NCBI GenBank assembly: GCA_963820525.1
Contig: CAWGAA010000004.1
Location: 1-45,208, forward strand
DNA length: 45,208 bases
Reading direction: 5' to 3'
DNA from: an uncultured Spirochaetota bacterium
GTDB lineage: Bacteria; Spirochaetota; Spirochaetia; SZUA-6; Fen-1364
The notes under the pieces were generated by a model. The model made no database searches, was not told where the DNA came from, and saw only the letters and a list, made by a program, of their open reading frames with translations. Position numbers and translations under genes: made by a program. Shown piece by piece: positions 8,342 to 19,552 of this stretch. Every line of letters starts with the position of its first letter. Positions within the stretch are counted from its first letter, which is position 1.

Positions 8342-9541
8342 ATGGAAAGCATCATTCGGGAGCTCGCCTCCAAGAACGAGAAGAAAATCGTCCTCCTGGT
8401 CATGGATGGTCTGGGGGGCCTTCCCCGTGAAGCCGGCGGAAAGACGGAGCTGGAAACGGCCCGCACGCCCAACCTCGACGCCCTGGCCGCGCGCTCGGAA
8501 TGCGGCCTGCATATGCCCATCGGCTTCGGGATCACCCCGGGATCGGCGCCGGGGCATCTGGCGCTGTTCGGCTACAATCCCATTGAGTTTGCCATCGGCC
8601 GCGGCGTGGTGGCCGCGATGGGCATCGGCTTCCCCATGAAGGCGGGAGACGTTGCCGCGCGGCTGAACTTCGCCACCCTGGACGAGGCCGGCGCCATCTC
8701 GGACCGCCGCGCTGGGCGCATCCCCACGGAGAAGTGCGCCGAGCTGTGCGAGCTGCTCAAAGCCGTCTCCATCAAGGGGGTGGAGGTCTACGTGAAGCCG
8801 GTGAAGGACTACAGGGCCGTCGTCGTGTTCCGCGGAAAGGGTCTTTCGGATTCCGTGGCCGACACGGACCCGCAGGCTCTCGGAGTAAAACCCCTGGATC
8901 CCCAGCCCTCGAATGAGAAAGGCGCGAAAACGGCGCAGGTTGCCAAGGATTTCGTATCCCAGGCCAGGAAGATCCTTTCCACCCAGCACCCGGCGAACGG
9001 CATCCTGCTTCGCGGGTTCGCGGAGCTCCCCCACATTCCATCCATGAAAGAGCTGTACCAGCTCTCTCCCCTTGCCGTCGCCGTATACCCCGACTACAAG
9101 GGCGTGGCGCGCCTGGTGGGCATGGATGCGATCGAAGACCTCGCGGACCTCGATGCGCAGGCCAAGGCTCTGGCCGCCAATTGGGGCAAACACGATTTCT
9201 TCTTCATCCATCACAAGTATACGGACTCCCGGGGCGAGGATGGCGACTTCGATGCCAAGGTCAAGGAGATCGAGAAGGTGGACGCGTTCCTTCCCCGGAT
9301 ACTGTCGATGAATCCCGACCTGCTCATTGTCACGGGAGACCATTCCACTCCTGCGGTATCCAAGGCCCACACCGCGCACCCCGTGCCTTTCCTTCTGAAC
9401 GCGAAGGAGAGCAGGCCGGAAGGAATCGCGAAGTTCGGCGAGAGGGACTGCGCGCGGGGCGCATGGGGCATCATCCCGGGACAGATGCTCATCCGCCTGG
9501 CCCTTGCCTACACGGGGAAGCTGAAGAAGTTCGGTGCATGA
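8342..9541 (+). CDS. apgM: 2,3-bisphosphoglycerate-independent phosphoglycerate mutase (ApgM type)
   Basis: LVMDGLGG, ARTPNLD, PGS..GHLALFGY, DRRAGRI, TGDHSTP and HTAHPVP motifs. Confidence 0.93.
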   Translation: MESIIRELASKNEKKIVLLVMDGLGGLPREAGGKTELETARTPNLDALAARSECGLHMPIGFGITPGSAPGHLALFGYNPIEFAIGRGVVAAMGIGFPMKAGDVAARLNFATLDEAGAISDRRAGRIPTEKCAELCELLKAVSIKGVEVYVKPVKDYRAVVVFRGKGLSDSVADTDPQALGVKPLDPQPSNEKGAKTAQVAKDFVSQARKILSTQHPANGILLRGFAELPHIPSMKELYQLSPLAVAVYPDYKGVARLVGMDAIEDLADLDAQAKALAANWGKHDFFFIHHKYTDSRGEDGDFDAKVKEIEKVDAFLPRILSMNPDLLIVTGDHSTPAVSKAHTAHPVPFLLNAKESRPEGIAKFGERDCARGAWGIIPGQMLIRLALAYTGKLKKFGA

Positions 9542-10154
9542 GGGCACGGTAAACGAGGATCTCCTGGAGACCTACGGCCGGGAGGGAACGCCGGTCTGGC
9601 GGATCTACGAGCCCTCCTCGGTCATGGCAGTGCTCGGCGCTGCGGGGGATCCCTCGCGCGACCTCATCCTGGAGAACCTGAGCCGGGACGGAGTTTCCTA
9701 CAGCTTCAGGAAGGGCGGGGGCGGGACCGTGATCCTGTCTCCCGGGCAGGTTGTCCTCGCTTTCGTGCGCGAAGTGGGCTCTCCGTTTTTGAACCGCGAG
9801 TATGCCCGCCGGGTAAACGACTGGTTCGTGGAGACATTGAGCGGGCTGGGAGTCCATGATATTTCGCACCGTGGAATCTCCGACCTGGCCATCGGAGAAA
9901 GAAAAATCCTGGGGACATCTATCTATAGAAGGAGACTCGCCCTGTTCTACCAGGCAAGCCTCCTCGTCTCCAACGACCTTGCCCTCTTCAACAGCTACCT
10001 CACAATGCCCGCGCGCGAGCCAGACTACAGGCAGGGCCGCGGGCACGAGCAGTTCTGCACCACTCTTGTCAGAGAGGGCTATCAGCTTTCCACCGAGAAC
10101 ATCATAGAGGCTTTGGCAGAAACCGTGGAACGAAGCATCGGCAATCTCCAGTGA
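9534..10154 (+). CDS. Lipoate-protein ligase A family catalytic-domain protein
   Basis: RKGGGGTVILSPG, SDLAIGERKILGTS and REPDYRQGRGHEQF motifs; GTG start overlaps the apgM stop. Confidence 0.85.
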   Translation: MHEGTVNEDLLETYGREGTPVWRIYEPSSVMAVLGAAGDPSRDLILENLSRDGVSYSFRKGGGGTVILSPGQVVLAFVREVGSPFLNREYARRVNDWFVETLSGLGVHDISHRGISDLAIGERKILGTSIYRRRLALFYQASLLVSNDLALFNSYLTMPAREPDYRQGRGHEQFCTTLVREGYQLSTENIIEALAETVERSIGNLQ

Positions 10155-10239
10155 ACGCCGCCGCGTGGGCCCCATTTCATGGGACGCCGGCCGCTGCTGC
10201 ATCCACCGGCGGCCCGGCTCCCGTCGAGCGAAGCGCATT

Positions 10240-10896
10240 TCAGCGCAGCGGCCGCTTGGAAAGCACCTCCGTGTACACCTCGCGCCACCACTGCCCGGCA
10301 CCGGAGCGCACCGAGATTTCAATCAGGGCAAGAGAGCAGGAGCTGAAGCTCAAGGGCGGCAATTCAGGCAGATCTCCGATTGCCTTTTCTCCTGTGGCTT
10401 CCCAGCAACCGAGGGAGAAACCCTCGGCCGTGGGGAAAAGCGGCCGCGGTTCATCAGGCGAGTTGCCCGGCCGCGCTGCATCAGTTTGGCCTGCATCTGG
10501 GGGCACTGCATCGGTCTGGCCTGCATCTGGCCGCGCCGCCGATCGCGCTCCTTCCCGGGAAGCCGTCCCCGCGCCCTCCGCTTCCCGGCGCAGTGTCTCC
10601 CAGACCCCCCCTGACTCCAGGCCGAGAAACAGCCCAGCCCCTTCCCTGCAGTAGCCGCGGGCTTTGAAGCGATACGGTGAGGGAATCGACCCGCCCAAGG
10701 ATTCGAAGAGCCGTGGGGCCTCGCTCTCGGAGGCGAAGCTGATCGGAACAAGGGGCGGGAGTGAGACCGCGGATAAGAGGCCGTACGCGCGGAAGATGGC
10801 GTTCTGGATCCTCCCAACCGCCGCCTCTATGGAGCCGGGGGGGAGGAGCGCCAGCAGGAAGTTCGCGGCGAGACCCTCGCCCGGCGACGGCTTCAC
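10240..10896 (-). CDS. Hypothetical protein, possible degenerate 2H/2'-5' RNA ligase-like fold
   Basis: 218 aa directly downstream of the kinase gene; N-terminal pattern resembles 2H proteins but no HxT motifs; contains a repeat insertion. Confidence 0.5.
   Translation of the reverse strand: MKPSPGEGLAANFLLALLPPGSIEAAVGRIQNAIFRAYGLLSAVSLPPLVPISFASESEAPRLFESLGGSIPSPYRFKARGYCREGAGLFLGLESGGVWETLRREAEGAGTASREGARSAARPDAGQTDAVPPDAGQTDAARPGNSPDEPRPLFPTAEGFSLGCWEATGEKAIGDLPELPPLSFSSCSLALIEISVRSGAGQWWREVYTEVLSKRPLR
10476..10535. repeat. Tandem repeat, 4 x 15 bp (2 x 30 bp) CTGCATC-led units
   Basis: CTGCATC at 10476, 10491, 10506 and 10521; encodes PDAGQTDA twice on the minus strand. Confidence 0.85.
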
Positions 10897-10899
10897 GGC

Positions 10900-12363
10900 T
10901 CAGCCTCCCCCGGCCAGAGAGACGATTACGGTGGTTCCCCTGCCCTCCTCGCTTTCGAGCTCGATCGAGCCGCCCAGGGAGTCCACCACCGACTTTACGA
11001 TGGAGAGGCCCAGCCCCGTTCCCGCCTCGGTCATCGACCGGGCGTTCGATGCCCTGAAGAACTCGCGGAACAGCCCCTTCCTCTCCGCCTCGGGGATCCC
11101 GATCCCGGCGTCTCGCACAGTAAAGCGCATGCCGCTGTCGACGGTCTCCAGGGAAACGGAGACTGTGGTGCCCGTGGGTGAATACTTGATCGCGTTTGAG
11201 ATGAGGTTGCTCATCACCGAGCGCAGCCCCTCCCGGGATGCCGAAACAAAGGACGGCTGGCAGGGTTTTGAGATTTCCAGTCCAATTCCCTTTTCTGCCG
11301 CGGCGGGCTGAAAGAATCTCACAGCTTCCTCCAGCACCTGGCATGGCTCAATGGGCTCCTGCGATTCGGCCAGGGTCTGAGACCTGGCTTTCGCCAGGAC
11401 TAAAAGGTCGTTCGCCGTCTCCAGGAGCAAGGCCGAGCGGAACCGGATCCGTTCGATGAGCTCCCGCTGCCGGGGGGCCACGTCTCCCAGGTAACCTTCG
11501 AGGATTGTCTGGCAGATGGACTGGATGCCGGCCAGCGGCGACTTGAGCTCGTGGGAGGCCTTCAGGAGGAACCACGTCTTCGCCTCGTCGATCTTCTTCA
11601 GGCTTTCATACACGGAAGCCTTCTGAATGGACAGCGTCACGAGGTCTCCCAAGCGGGAGAGGAAGGACAGCATCTCCCCGGGCAGGCTCTTTCCCTTCTC
11701 GCCGTAGAGGCACAGCGCCCCCACCACCTTCCCCTCGTGGCGCAGCGGCACGCAGATCAGAGACTCCACCTCACCGTCCAGCTCCGGAAAATCGCTCTCC
11801 AGGGCCCCCTCCACGCGCACGGGCTGTCCCTCCAGAAGGCTTCGCGCGTAGATGCTCTCCGCCGTCTCGGCGGCGAGGTCGGAGACTTCACGGCGGATCC
11901 CGGCCAGCGAGCGGACCCGCATCGTTTTGCGGCGGGATCCCGCCTGACTGTGGCCTTCCGCCCCGGGAGCGGCTCCCGCGGCGGGAGGGGGACCGCCCAC
12001 CTCATCCAGGAGCTTTATGGAGCAGCCGCGCACGCCCGTCACCTCCACGGTGAGACGCGTGATGGCATCGAGCACCTCCTGAAGGTCCAGCGTGCTTCCC
12101 GCTTTTCGAAGCACTTCGGTGACGGCCTGCAGCTGCGCAGCCCGGGCTTCCATGGAACGCAAGCCGGGAGAATCCCGGGAGAGCAGGGCGCCCTCGAGCG
12201 CGGCGAACGCGGCGGTGACGCAAGCCAGAAGGGCAGTGTGCCAGGGTGCAAGCCATGGTCGCAGGATTGCCGCCGCCGTGAGCCCGGCGGACGCGAGCGT
12301 CAGCGGCAGCAGGGGGATCCAGAGGCGGCGCGGGTGCTTGAGGGTGAAGATCGCCTGGCGCAT
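10900..12363 (-). CDS. Membrane GAF-domain sensor histidine kinase (HisKA + HATPase)
   Basis: Start reassigned to ATG 12363; two TM helices; GAF (SLICVPLRHEGKVVGALCL); H-box ASHELKSPL; NLISNAIKY, DAGIGI and GTGLGL boxes. Confidence 0.9.
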   Translation of the reverse strand: MRQAIFTLKHPRRLWIPLLPLTLASAGLTAAAILRPWLAPWHTALLACVTAAFAALEGALLSRDSPGLRSMEARAAQLQAVTEVLRKAGSTLDLQEVLDAITRLTVEVTGVRGCSIKLLDEVGGPPPAAGAAPGAEGHSQAGSRRKTMRVRSLAGIRREVSDLAAETAESIYARSLLEGQPVRVEGALESDFPELDGEVESLICVPLRHEGKVVGALCLYGEKGKSLPGEMLSFLSRLGDLVTLSIQKASVYESLKKIDEAKTWFLLKASHELKSPLAGIQSICQTILEGYLGDVAPRQRELIERIRFRSALLLETANDLLVLAKARSQTLAESQEPIEPCQVLEEAVRFFQPAAAEKGIGLEISKPCQPSFVSASREGLRSVMSNLISNAIKYSPTGTTVSVSLETVDSGMRFTVRDAGIGIPEAERKGLFREFFRASNARSMTEAGTGLGLSIVKSVVDSLGGSIELESEEGRGTTVIVSLAGGG

Positions 12364-12507
12364 CGACTCCAGAAGCGTAGCATGCGCCGCCCCGCGGCCG
12401 CAAGCTCCGTGGATCCCGCGCCGCTCCATCGCCGCACGCCCGTCGGCGTTTCGGCAGAATGCTCCGTCGGCCTTTTCAGGCCGACCGCCATCGGGTAGAA
12501 TGATCGG

Positions 12508-13326
12508 GTGAAAAGAAAAGTGCATCGAATCGCTGAAAACATCGCTGCCAAGATCTCCAGCTGGAACGGGGTCGAAGCCGTTCTTCTTGGCGAGGCGGCG
12601 GATATCGAGGTCTACGATCCGTACTTCACCGTGGACCTCGACGTGTACGTACAGGGAGAGATCCCGCAAGCCGCCGAGAGGAAAGAGCGCTTCGCAGACA
12701 TGGACGCATTCGAGAGCTCCACCGTCGCGGGGGTGGACCGCTTCCTGGTCGAGGAGGTTCCCATCAGCGTCCATTTCATGGAGACGGCGAGCGTCGACGC
12801 CCTTGTGCGGCGGATCATCAACAGCTCCTGGGTTTTCCACGAAACGGGCACCAACATGTTCTATCGAATAGAAAAGGGGGAGGTCATCTACAGCAGGGGG
12901 GGATGGCTCGCCGCGGTGCGCGCCTCCCGGGCGGAGATCCCCAAGGCCTTCTGGATCCACGTCTGTCTGCGCTCGTACACGATCGCCGAACGCGCGCTTG
13001 CCGAGCTTGGAGCGGCGGCCTTCCGATCCGATGATCTTTTCTTCCTCGTTTCGGCGGCGCGCCTCCTCCGCGGCGTGGCAAGCTTTCTGTTCGCCGTGAA
13101 CCGCCAGTTCGAACCTTCAGGCAGGATGCTTTCCGAGCGGATACAAGCGCTGCCCTCTCTGCCCGACGGCTTCATCGGCCGCCTGGACAACTTCCTCAGG
13201 CCCGAAGACCGTCTGTCGCCGGAAGCGCGCAGGGAGATCGCCGCGCAGATGGTGAAAGACCTTCTCCTCCTGGGGCGCGATGTCCTGGGGGTGGAAGACC
13301 TGAGCCCAGAGATGCGAATGGAATGA
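12508..13326 (+). CDS. DUF4037-like nucleotidyltransferase-fold protein
   Basis: 272 aa; EAVLLGE...DPYFTVDLDVY NTase-like N-terminus; C-terminal helical domain with SFLFAVNRQFEPS and LPSLPDGF. Confidence 0.65.
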   Translation: MKRKVHRIAENIAAKISSWNGVEAVLLGEAADIEVYDPYFTVDLDVYVQGEIPQAAERKERFADMDAFESSTVAGVDRFLVEEVPISVHFMETASVDALVRRIINSSWVFHETGTNMFYRIEKGEVIYSRGGWLAAVRASRAEIPKAFWIHVCLRSYTIAERALAELGAAAFRSDDLFFLVSAARLLRGVASFLFAVNRQFEPSGRMLSERIQALPSLPDGFIGRLDNFLRPEDRLSPEARREIAAQMVKDLLLLGRDVLGVEDLSPEMRME

Positions 13327-15038
13327 CGAGCGCCTTCCATCGCGCGAGGCTCCGCTCCCCCCTTGCCCTCATCCTTCTTGCCCTCTCCGTCTCAATGGCG
13401 AGCTGCGCGGGACGCTTCGAAAGCTTCCCTTTTCTCACGGCGGATGGCGCCGGCATTCCGATGCGCGAAAGCCCCGGACAAGGCAGAGACCGGGAGGGGC
13501 TCCTCGAGGCCCGGGGAAGCGAAGCCGCCACCCCGCTCTACCGCCTCGCCCGTCCCGTCCTGGTCCAGACCGACGGCGAAGCATTCGCGCTGTCCTACTC
13601 AAGCTCCCTCGCGGACTGCGCTCTTTCCATTTATTCAACGGAGAAGGAGGAGCTGAAGCAGGTCCCTCTTCCTCCGACCGGCGAGTATTCGTACCGGCTG
13701 CTCGTGCCGCTTGAGCGGGGAAACACGATCCGGGCCTTCCGTATTTCCACACGGTCGAAGGAAGGATCGCTGCGGCTCGCCGGAGCGGGCACCGCGGCGC
13801 AGGCGCGCGGCTTTTCAATCCACGGAGACACCGTGACACTCGACGGGAGCGTCGCCCTTCGCGGAATCGCCTCACGCTCTCTCGACGCCCTGGTCTCAGA
13901 TGGGGCGCGCGAGGAGATGGCGGGAAAGCCGTGGCTCATCTCGATCCAACTTCGGCCCGGTGAGGCTCCCGGTGAAGCTGACGGCGGCGCGGACGAGCTC
14001 GTGGTCTCCTTCACGGGGCAGAGCCCGCAAAGCTCGCGGGCCTTCTCCGCGAGGCTGGATCCCGGCTGGCGCCGCATGGAGTTCTCGGCGGGTACCGTCG
14101 GATTCGCGCCGCGAGAGATCCACGTGGGACTGCGGGCGAGCGCCACGGGGAAATCCGGCCTGTCTCCCCTGGTCCAGGCCCTTGAGATTACCCGCGTTGA
14201 CGGGGCGCGCCCAATTCCCGCGGACCCCGGCTCTGTTCTCGATTACAGGCGCACGGCGTGGAGGAGGCCCGACTTCGAGCTTTTCTCCTGGGACCGGTTC
14301 CCTCACGTGCTCATTCTGGATACTGCGGATTATGCGGTTCAGGACAACATCTTCAAACGCCTGGCGTTTTTCGTCGAGAAGCCGGGGTATGCCGGGACCA
14401 TTCCCGATTCCCGCGAGCTTTCGGGGAAGCACGGGTGGAACGCCCACGACTACCGGGCCGATGACCTTGCGAGGTTTTTCTCCGCGGCCATGGCGAAGGG
14501 GGTTGCGCTCACGGCGGGAGAGCTCGACCTGCGGCGCATCCTCCTGGACAACGGAATCATCGCCTCAGGGGATTCGAGCTACTCTCCCGGGCGGGGGGCG
14601 GTCCTCTCGATATCACGCGAATCTCCCGCTGCCCTGCGAAGACTTCTCCTCACCCATGAATGCTTTCACGGAGTATTCTTCTCACTTGCCGAATATCGCG
14701 ACGCCTGCGGGAAGGCATGGAGCGCTCTGAGCGATGGCGAGAGGGAGCTCTGGAGCGCATTCTTCGGCCTGACGGGCTACGACACGGCGAACGGCTACCT
14801 CGAAGTGAACGAGTTCCAAAGCTATCTGTTCCAGCAGCCCCGAGAAGGCGTTGCCGCCTTCCAGGTCTCCGTGCTGGGGAAGCTGGACCGAAAGTATCCG
14901 GACCGGGCGCATCGATTCCGCCGCCTCATCGAGGGCAACCCCGATTCGTTCCTCCACTCATTCGACATGCTGGACCGGGCCCTCGCGGCCGCGGGAGGCC
15001 CGCGGGGCGGACTGGCGATATCCGTGGAGGCGGAATAG
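13323..15038 (+). CDS. Uncharacterised lipoprotein with HExxH zincin motif
   Basis: Lipobox-like [17 protein letters not shown] and WNAHDY blocks; THECFHG plus downstream NEFQSY; ATGA overlap with the upstream gene. Confidence 0.65.
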   Translation: MTSAFHRARLRSPLALILLALSVSMASCAGRFESFPFLTADGAGIPMRESPGQGRDREGLLEARGSEAATPLYRLARPVLVQTDGEAFALSYSSSLADCALSIYSTEKEELKQVPLPPTGEYSYRLLVPLERGNTIRAFRISTRSKEGSLRLAGAGTAAQARGFSIHGDTVTLDGSVALRGIASRSLDALVSDGAREEMAGKPWLISIQLRPGEAPGEADGGADELVVSFTGQSPQSSRAFSARLDPGWRRMEFSAGTVGFAPREIHVGLRASATGKSGLSPLVQALEITRVDGARPIPADPGSVLDYRRTAWRRPDFELFSWDRFPHVLILDTADYAVQDNIFKRLAFFVEKPGYAGTIPDSRELSGKHGWNAHDYRADDLARFFSAAMAKGVALTAGELDLRRILLDNGIIASGDSSYSPGRGAVLSISRESPAALRRLLLTHECFHGVFFSLAEYRDACGKAWSALSDGERELWSAFFGLTGYDTANGYLEVNEFQSYLFQQPREGVAAFQVSVLGKLDRKYPDRAHRFRRLIEGNPDSFLHSFDMLDRALAAAGGPRGGLAISVEAE

Positions 15039-15070
15039 CGGAGTCCGCCGATCGCCGATATCCAATCTTC

Positions 15071-15099
15071 TTCACTTTCGGCCGAATTTTCAGTACACT
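15071..15099 (+). promoter_or_regulatory. Putative sigma70 promoter of nrdJ
   Basis: TTCACT(15071-76)-17 bp-TACACT(15094-99), 34 bp before the ATG at 15134. Confidence 0.4.
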
Positions 15100-15133
15100 G
15101 GGAAATTGCGACAATGTACGCGGGGGGGAACAC

Positions 15134-18100
15134 ATGGAGATCCAGCGGCGCTTCACTCGCGCGGGGCGGGGTCCCTTCGAGGAGATCTCGTTCGAAACGC
15201 GCACATCTGAGATACGAAATCCTGACGGCAAGGTGATCTTCAGGCAGGAGAACGTCGTCGTTCCCAAGCGGTGGTCCCAGATCGCGGCGGACGTGCTTGC
15301 CCAGAAGTACTTCAGGAAGCGCGGGCTCCAGCTTTCCGGCGGCAGGGGGGGCGCGGGCGCCAAAACAACGGCGGCCGGGGCGGGGCGAGGGGGGGCCCCA
15401 GGCAAGGGAGTCGAGCCCGGAGCCCCCGCAGCAGAAACGGGCGGGAGCGGCGCGCCCATCCTTCCCGGCCTCGACGGCAAGACCGGCGGAGAAAACGACG
15501 CGCGGCAGGTCTTCCACCGCCTGGCCTTCACCTGGATGGATTGGGGCAGGAAGTACGGCTATTTCTCCTCTCCCGCCGATGCCCAGGCTTTCTACGACGA
15601 GCTCTGCTGCATGCTGGCCCGGCAGATGGGCTCGCCCAACTCGCCGCAGTGGTTCAATACCGGATTGCACGCCGTCTACGGGCTCACCGGCCCCGCCCAG
15701 GGGCACTACTTCGTCAACCCGAAGACCGGCGAGGTTGAGAAATCGACAAGCGCCTACGAGCACCCACAGCCGCATGCCTGCCAGCCTTACCACGCACCCG
15801 TCTCAACCCCAATGGGGCCCGTTCCAATAGGAGCGATCGTGGAGCATGGGCTTGTAGGGCTTGAGGTTTATGACGGCTCCCATGATGGACGCGGGACTAC
15901 AAAAGTGGTCGCGGTGAAAGAGAACGGCGTGAAGCCGGTGTTCCGAGTCATTCTCAAGAATGGCTCTCCTCTGGAGGCAACGGCGGATCACCTCGTCTTC
16001 GCATCTTCACTACGACGACAGAAGGGCGGGTGGATACGACTCGATGAGCTGACACCTGGCATGCGGCTCAAGCTCTCAACAGCCACCGAGGTCAGGGATT
16101 TCAAGAAAGCGAGCCCACTATCAATAGATGAGGCCGCTCTGGCCGGATGGCTCCAAGGGGATGGGTTTGTCGGACAATATTCGAAAGGCAAGAACCGAAG
16201 CCTCACCATAGAGTTCATTACGATAAATGATCATGAGCACCAATACGTTCGGGAGCGTATCGAACGGGTTTTCCCAGGCGTCCACTATCACGTGCGAAGC
16301 GTCGAGTCCAAGGATCCGGCTTTGGAGATCGCTCGGATTCGTTTGTATGGAAAGGCGCTCCACCATTTTGTCGATAAATATCGCCTTCTCGATAAACCCG
16401 AAGAGAGGGCAATTCCTGAAGCAGTCGTCAGTGCAGGGAAAGATGCGCAGGCCGATGGGACGGTGAGGCTGAGAAGGCGATCGGCAGGTCGATTTCAAGA
16501 TCTTGTCGGATTTGTATCAGCAGATAAAAGACTCAAGCTGGACATCTCCTGCTCTGATCTCTTTCCCGGCAAAAAGGTTCCCCTGATGCGCGAGGAAGAA
16601 GTTCTCCGGATAGAGCCGGTCGGCAAGATGAAAGTGTATGACATTCAAACGGAGAGCGCGCAGTATCTTTCCAACAACATCCTCGTTCACAACTGTTTCA
16701 TCCTCTCCATCAATGACGACCTGGTGAACGACGGCGGGATCATGGACCTCATCACCCGCGAGGCGCGCCTGTTCAAATACGGCTCCGGCACGGGGACCAA
16801 CTATTCGAAGCTGCGCGCCTCCAACGAACCTCTTTCCGGCGGCGGGGTCTCTTCGGGGCTCCTCTCTTTCCTCAAAGTGAGCGACCGTTCAGCTTCCTCC
16901 ATCAAGAGCGGCGGCACAACGCGGAGGGCCGCCCGCATGGTGACCCTCGATGCAGACCATCCCGACGTGTTCAAGTACATCGACTGGAAGGTGCAGGAAG
17001 AGCGCAAGGTCGCGGCCATGGTGACGGGAAGCGCCGTGCTTCGAAAGCACACCCGGCGCATCCTGGAGGCGTTCAAAGGAGGGAACGGCTCCACCCCGGA
17101 CCTTGCGGCAAACAAGGATCTGGCGCACGCCATCAGGCATGCGCTGGCGGACGAGGTGCCGGCCTCCTACATCTATCAGGTTGTGCAGCTCGCCGGCCAG
17201 GGGGTATGGAACGTCGAGCCCGAGGAGTACACCACGGACTGGGACAGCGAGGCGTATAACACGGTGAGCGGCCAGTCCTCCAACAACAGCGTCCGCCTCA
17301 CGGACGCCTTCATGGAAGCCGTTCTCGATGACGGGGATTGGGAGCTGGTCAACCGCACCGACGCAAGCGCGAAAAGGAAGGTGAAGGCGCGGGAGATCTG
17401 GGAGCGGATAGCGCTCTCGGCGTGGCTGTGCGCGGACCCCGGCCTGCAGTTCCACACCACGATCAATGACTGGCACACCTGTCCCCAGGACGGGGAGATA
17501 CGCGCCTCCAATCCCTGCTCCGAGTACATGTTCCTCGACGACACGGCGTGCAACCTCGCTTCCTTGAACCTCCTCAGCTTCTACGACGCCGACAAGGGAG
17601 AGTTCCGCGTGGAGGATCTGCGCCATGCGATACGACTCTGGACCATAGTGCTTGAGATCAGCGTGCTCATGGCGCAGTTCCCCAGCAAGGAGATCGCGCG
17701 AAAGAGCTACGACTTCCGCACCCTCGGCCTGGGATTCGCCAACCTCGGCACGCTCCTCATGGTCATGGGAATTCCCTACGACAGCGCGGAAGGCAGGAGC
17801 ATCGCCGCGGCCCTCTCGGCGATCCTTACGGGAGAGGCATATGCCGCATCGGCGGAGATGGCGCAGGAACTGGGGCCCTTCACGCGCTTCTCTGCGAACA
17901 AGGACTCCATGCTCCGTGTCATCAGGAACCACCGCCGCGCCTCTTACAGCGCCGCAGCCGAGGAGTATGAGGGGCTGTCGGTGATTCCCCAGGCAATCGA
18001 CCCGCTGTTCTGCCCCCCCGACCTCATCGCCGCAGCGCGAAAGGCGTGGGACCGTGCGCTGGAGACGGGCGAGCGCCACGGTTTTCGAAACGCGCAGGTA

Positions 18101-19546
18101 AGCGCAATCGCCCCCACGGGGACCATCGGCCTGGTCATGGACTGCGACACCACCGGGGTGGAGCCCGATTTCAGCCTGGTGAAGTTCAAGAAGCTGGCGG
18201 GCGGCGGGTACTTCAAGATCATAAACACGTCGCTTCCTCCAGCCCTCCGAAGGCTCGGATACACCGAAAAACAGGTCGAAGAAATCGTGGCCTATTGCCT
18301 TGGCCGCGGCACGCTCGATGGCTCTCCCGGCGTGTCAGCCGAGGCCTTGCGAGAGAAAGGATTCTCCAACGAGGCGCTTTCGAAAATCGACAAGTCGCTG
18401 GAGAGCTCCTTCTCCATCTCGTTCTGCTTCACCCCCCACGTGCTGGGCAGGGAATTCCTGGAAGGGGCCCTGGGAATCTCCGAAGCCGCTGCATCACAGC
18501 CCGGCTTCAACCTGCTCTCCCACCTCGGCTTTTCCAACGCGGAGATCGAGCAGGCCAATCTCTATGCCTGCGGCACCATGACCATCGAGGGCGCTCCGCA
18601 TCTGAAAGCGGAGCACTACGCCGTCTTCGACACCGCCTCCCCCAACGGAAAGATCGGCAAGCGCTCCATACCCTGGCAGGCTCACATCGAGATGATGGCC
18701 GCCGTGCAGCCCTTCATCTCCGGGGCCATCTCCAAGACCATCAACATGCCCTCCACGGTCTCCCGGGACGACATCAAGGGAGCATACCTCCTGTCGTGGA
18801 GGAAGATGCTCAAGGCCATCGCGCTGTACCGCGACGGCTCGAAGCTGAGTCAGCCACTCTCCTCGCTCATGCCCGGCTCCGACGCGGCGGCGGCCGCGGT
18901 GCTTTCCGTGCTGGAGCAGGCCGGCGCCGCGGACCTCGGGACCGAGGAGCCGGGAGCGGGCCACGCGCGAAAGAGAAACCCTCTTCCGGCCAAGCGCTTC
19001 GGCTATACGCAGAAGGCCAAGATCGGCGGGCACAGCATCTTCCTGCGCACCGGCCAATACGCGGACAGCAGCCTCGGGGAAATTTTCCTGGACATGCACA
19101 AGGAGGGGGCCGCTTTCAGAAGTCTCCTCAACAGCTTCGCCATTGCGGTGTCTCTCGGCCTGCAGTACGGCGTGCCGCTCGAGGAATACGTCGATGCCTT
19201 CACCTTCACCCGCTTCGAGCCCAACGGGATCGTGAGCGGCCACGACAACATCAAGATGACGACTTCCGTGCTGGACTTCATCTTCCGCGACCTGGCCCTC
19301 GCCTACCTCGGACGCACGGACCTGGTGCAGGTCAAGCCCGACGACCTCATCTCGACGAGCACCATGGCGAACGGCGGGAAACCGGGCGGAAACGGCGAGG
19401 CCGACGTGGGCGACAGCGAGATCCGCGTGGCCAAAATGAAGGGCTACGAGGGGGATCCCTGCCCCGTGTGCGGAAACTTCACGATGGTGAGAAGCGGGAC
19501 CTGCATGCGCTGCGACACCTGCGGGTCAACGACGGGCTGCTCGTAG
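15134..19546 (+). CDS. nrdJ: Class II (adenosylcobalamin-dependent) ribonucleotide reductase, intein-containing
   Basis: Start ATG 15134; [65 protein letters not shown] motifs; C-terminal TSCPD-like domain and CPVC...[11 protein letters not shown] tail. Confidence 0.96.
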   Translation: MEIQRRFTRAGRGPFEEISFETRTSEIRNPDGKVIFRQENVVVPKRWSQIAADVLAQKYFRKRGLQLSGGRGGAGAKTTAAGAGRGGAPGKGVEPGAPAAETGGSGAPILPGLDGKTGGENDARQVFHRLAFTWMDWGRKYGYFSSPADAQAFYDELCCMLARQMGSPNSPQWFNTGLHAVYGLTGPAQGHYFVNPKTGEVEKSTSAYEHPQPHACQPYHAPVSTPMGPVPIGAIVEHGLVGLEVYDGSHDGRGTTKVVAVKENGVKPVFRVILKNGSPLEATADHLVFASSLRRQKGGWIRLDELTPGMRLKLSTATEVRDFKKASPLSIDEAALAGWLQGDGFVGQYSKGKNRSLTIEFITINDHEHQYVRERIERVFPGVHYHVRSVESKDPALEIARIRLYGKALHHFVDKYRLLDKPEERAIPEAVVSAGKDAQADGTVRLRRRSAGRFQDLVGFVSADKRLKLDISCSDLFPGKKVPLMREEEVLRIEPVGKMKVYDIQTESAQYLSNNILVHNCFILSINDDLVNDGGIMDLITREARLFKYGSGTGTNYSKLRASNEPLSGGGVSSGLLSFLKVSDRSASSIKSGGTTRRAARMVTLDADHPDVFKYIDWKVQEERKVAAMVTGSAVLRKHTRRILEAFKGGNGSTPDLAANKDLAHAIRHALADEVPASYIYQVVQLAGQGVWNVEPEEYTTDWDSEAYNTVSGQSSNNSVRLTDAFMEAVLDDGDWELVNRTDASAKRKVKAREIWERIALSAWLCADPGLQFHTTINDWHTCPQDGEIRASNPCSEYMFLDDTACNLASLNLLSFYDADKGEFRVEDLRHAIRLWTIVLEISVLMAQFPSKEIARKSYDFRTLGLGFANLGTLLMVMGIPYDSAEGRSIAAALSAILTGEAYAASAEMAQELGPFTRFSANKDSMLRVIRNHRRASYSAAAEEYEGLSVIPQAIDPLFCPPDLIAAARKAWDRALETGERHGFRNAQVSAIAPTGTIGLVMDCDTTGVEPDFSLVKFKKLAGGGYFKIINTSLPPALRRLGYTEKQVEEIVAYCLGRGTLDGSPGVSAEALREKGFSNEALSKIDKSLESSFSISFCFTPHVLGREFLEGALGISEAAASQPGFNLLSHLGFSNAEIEQANLYACGTMTIEGAPHLKAEHYAVFDTASPNGKIGKRSIPWQAHIEMMAAVQPFISGAISKTINMPSTVSRDDIKGAYLLSWRKMLKAIALYRDGSKLSQPLSSLMPGSDAAAAAVLSVLEQAGAADLGTEEPGAGHARKRNPLPAKRFGYTQKAKIGGHSIFLRTGQYADSSLGEIFLDMHKEGAAFRSLLNSFAIAVSLGLQYGVPLEEYVDAFTFTRFEPNGIVSGHDNIKMTTSVLDFIFRDLALAYLGRTDLVQVKPDDLISTSTMANGGKPGGNGEADVGDSEIRVAKMKGYEGDPCPVCGNFTMVRSGTCMRCDTCGSTTGCS
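15779..16693 (+). mobile_element. Intein (305 aa) with degenerate LAGLIDADG homing endonuclease
   Basis: Starts CQPYHAPV; block B ATADHLVF; block [10 protein letters not shown]; block F VYDIQTE; ends ILVHN followed by +1 Cys. Removing it restores PQPHACFILS. Codon usage visibly less GC3-rich than the exteins. Confidence 0.95.
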
Positions 19547-19552
19547 AAGGCC

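Noticed and set aside
12364..12960. Extended N-terminus of the GAF kinase
   Set aside because: Antisense to the real 12508-13326 gene; kinase-like sequence begins at 12363.
14660..15133. 158-aa N-terminal extension of NrdJ in the ORF track
   Set aside because: Overlaps the upstream gene and is not RNR-like; ATG 15134 has a purine-rich RBS and a typical MEIQRRFT start.
15039..15133. Cobalamin riboswitch or NrdR boxes upstream of nrdJ
   Set aside because: The gap is only 95 bp with no B12-box; only a weak single resemblance to an NrdR box.
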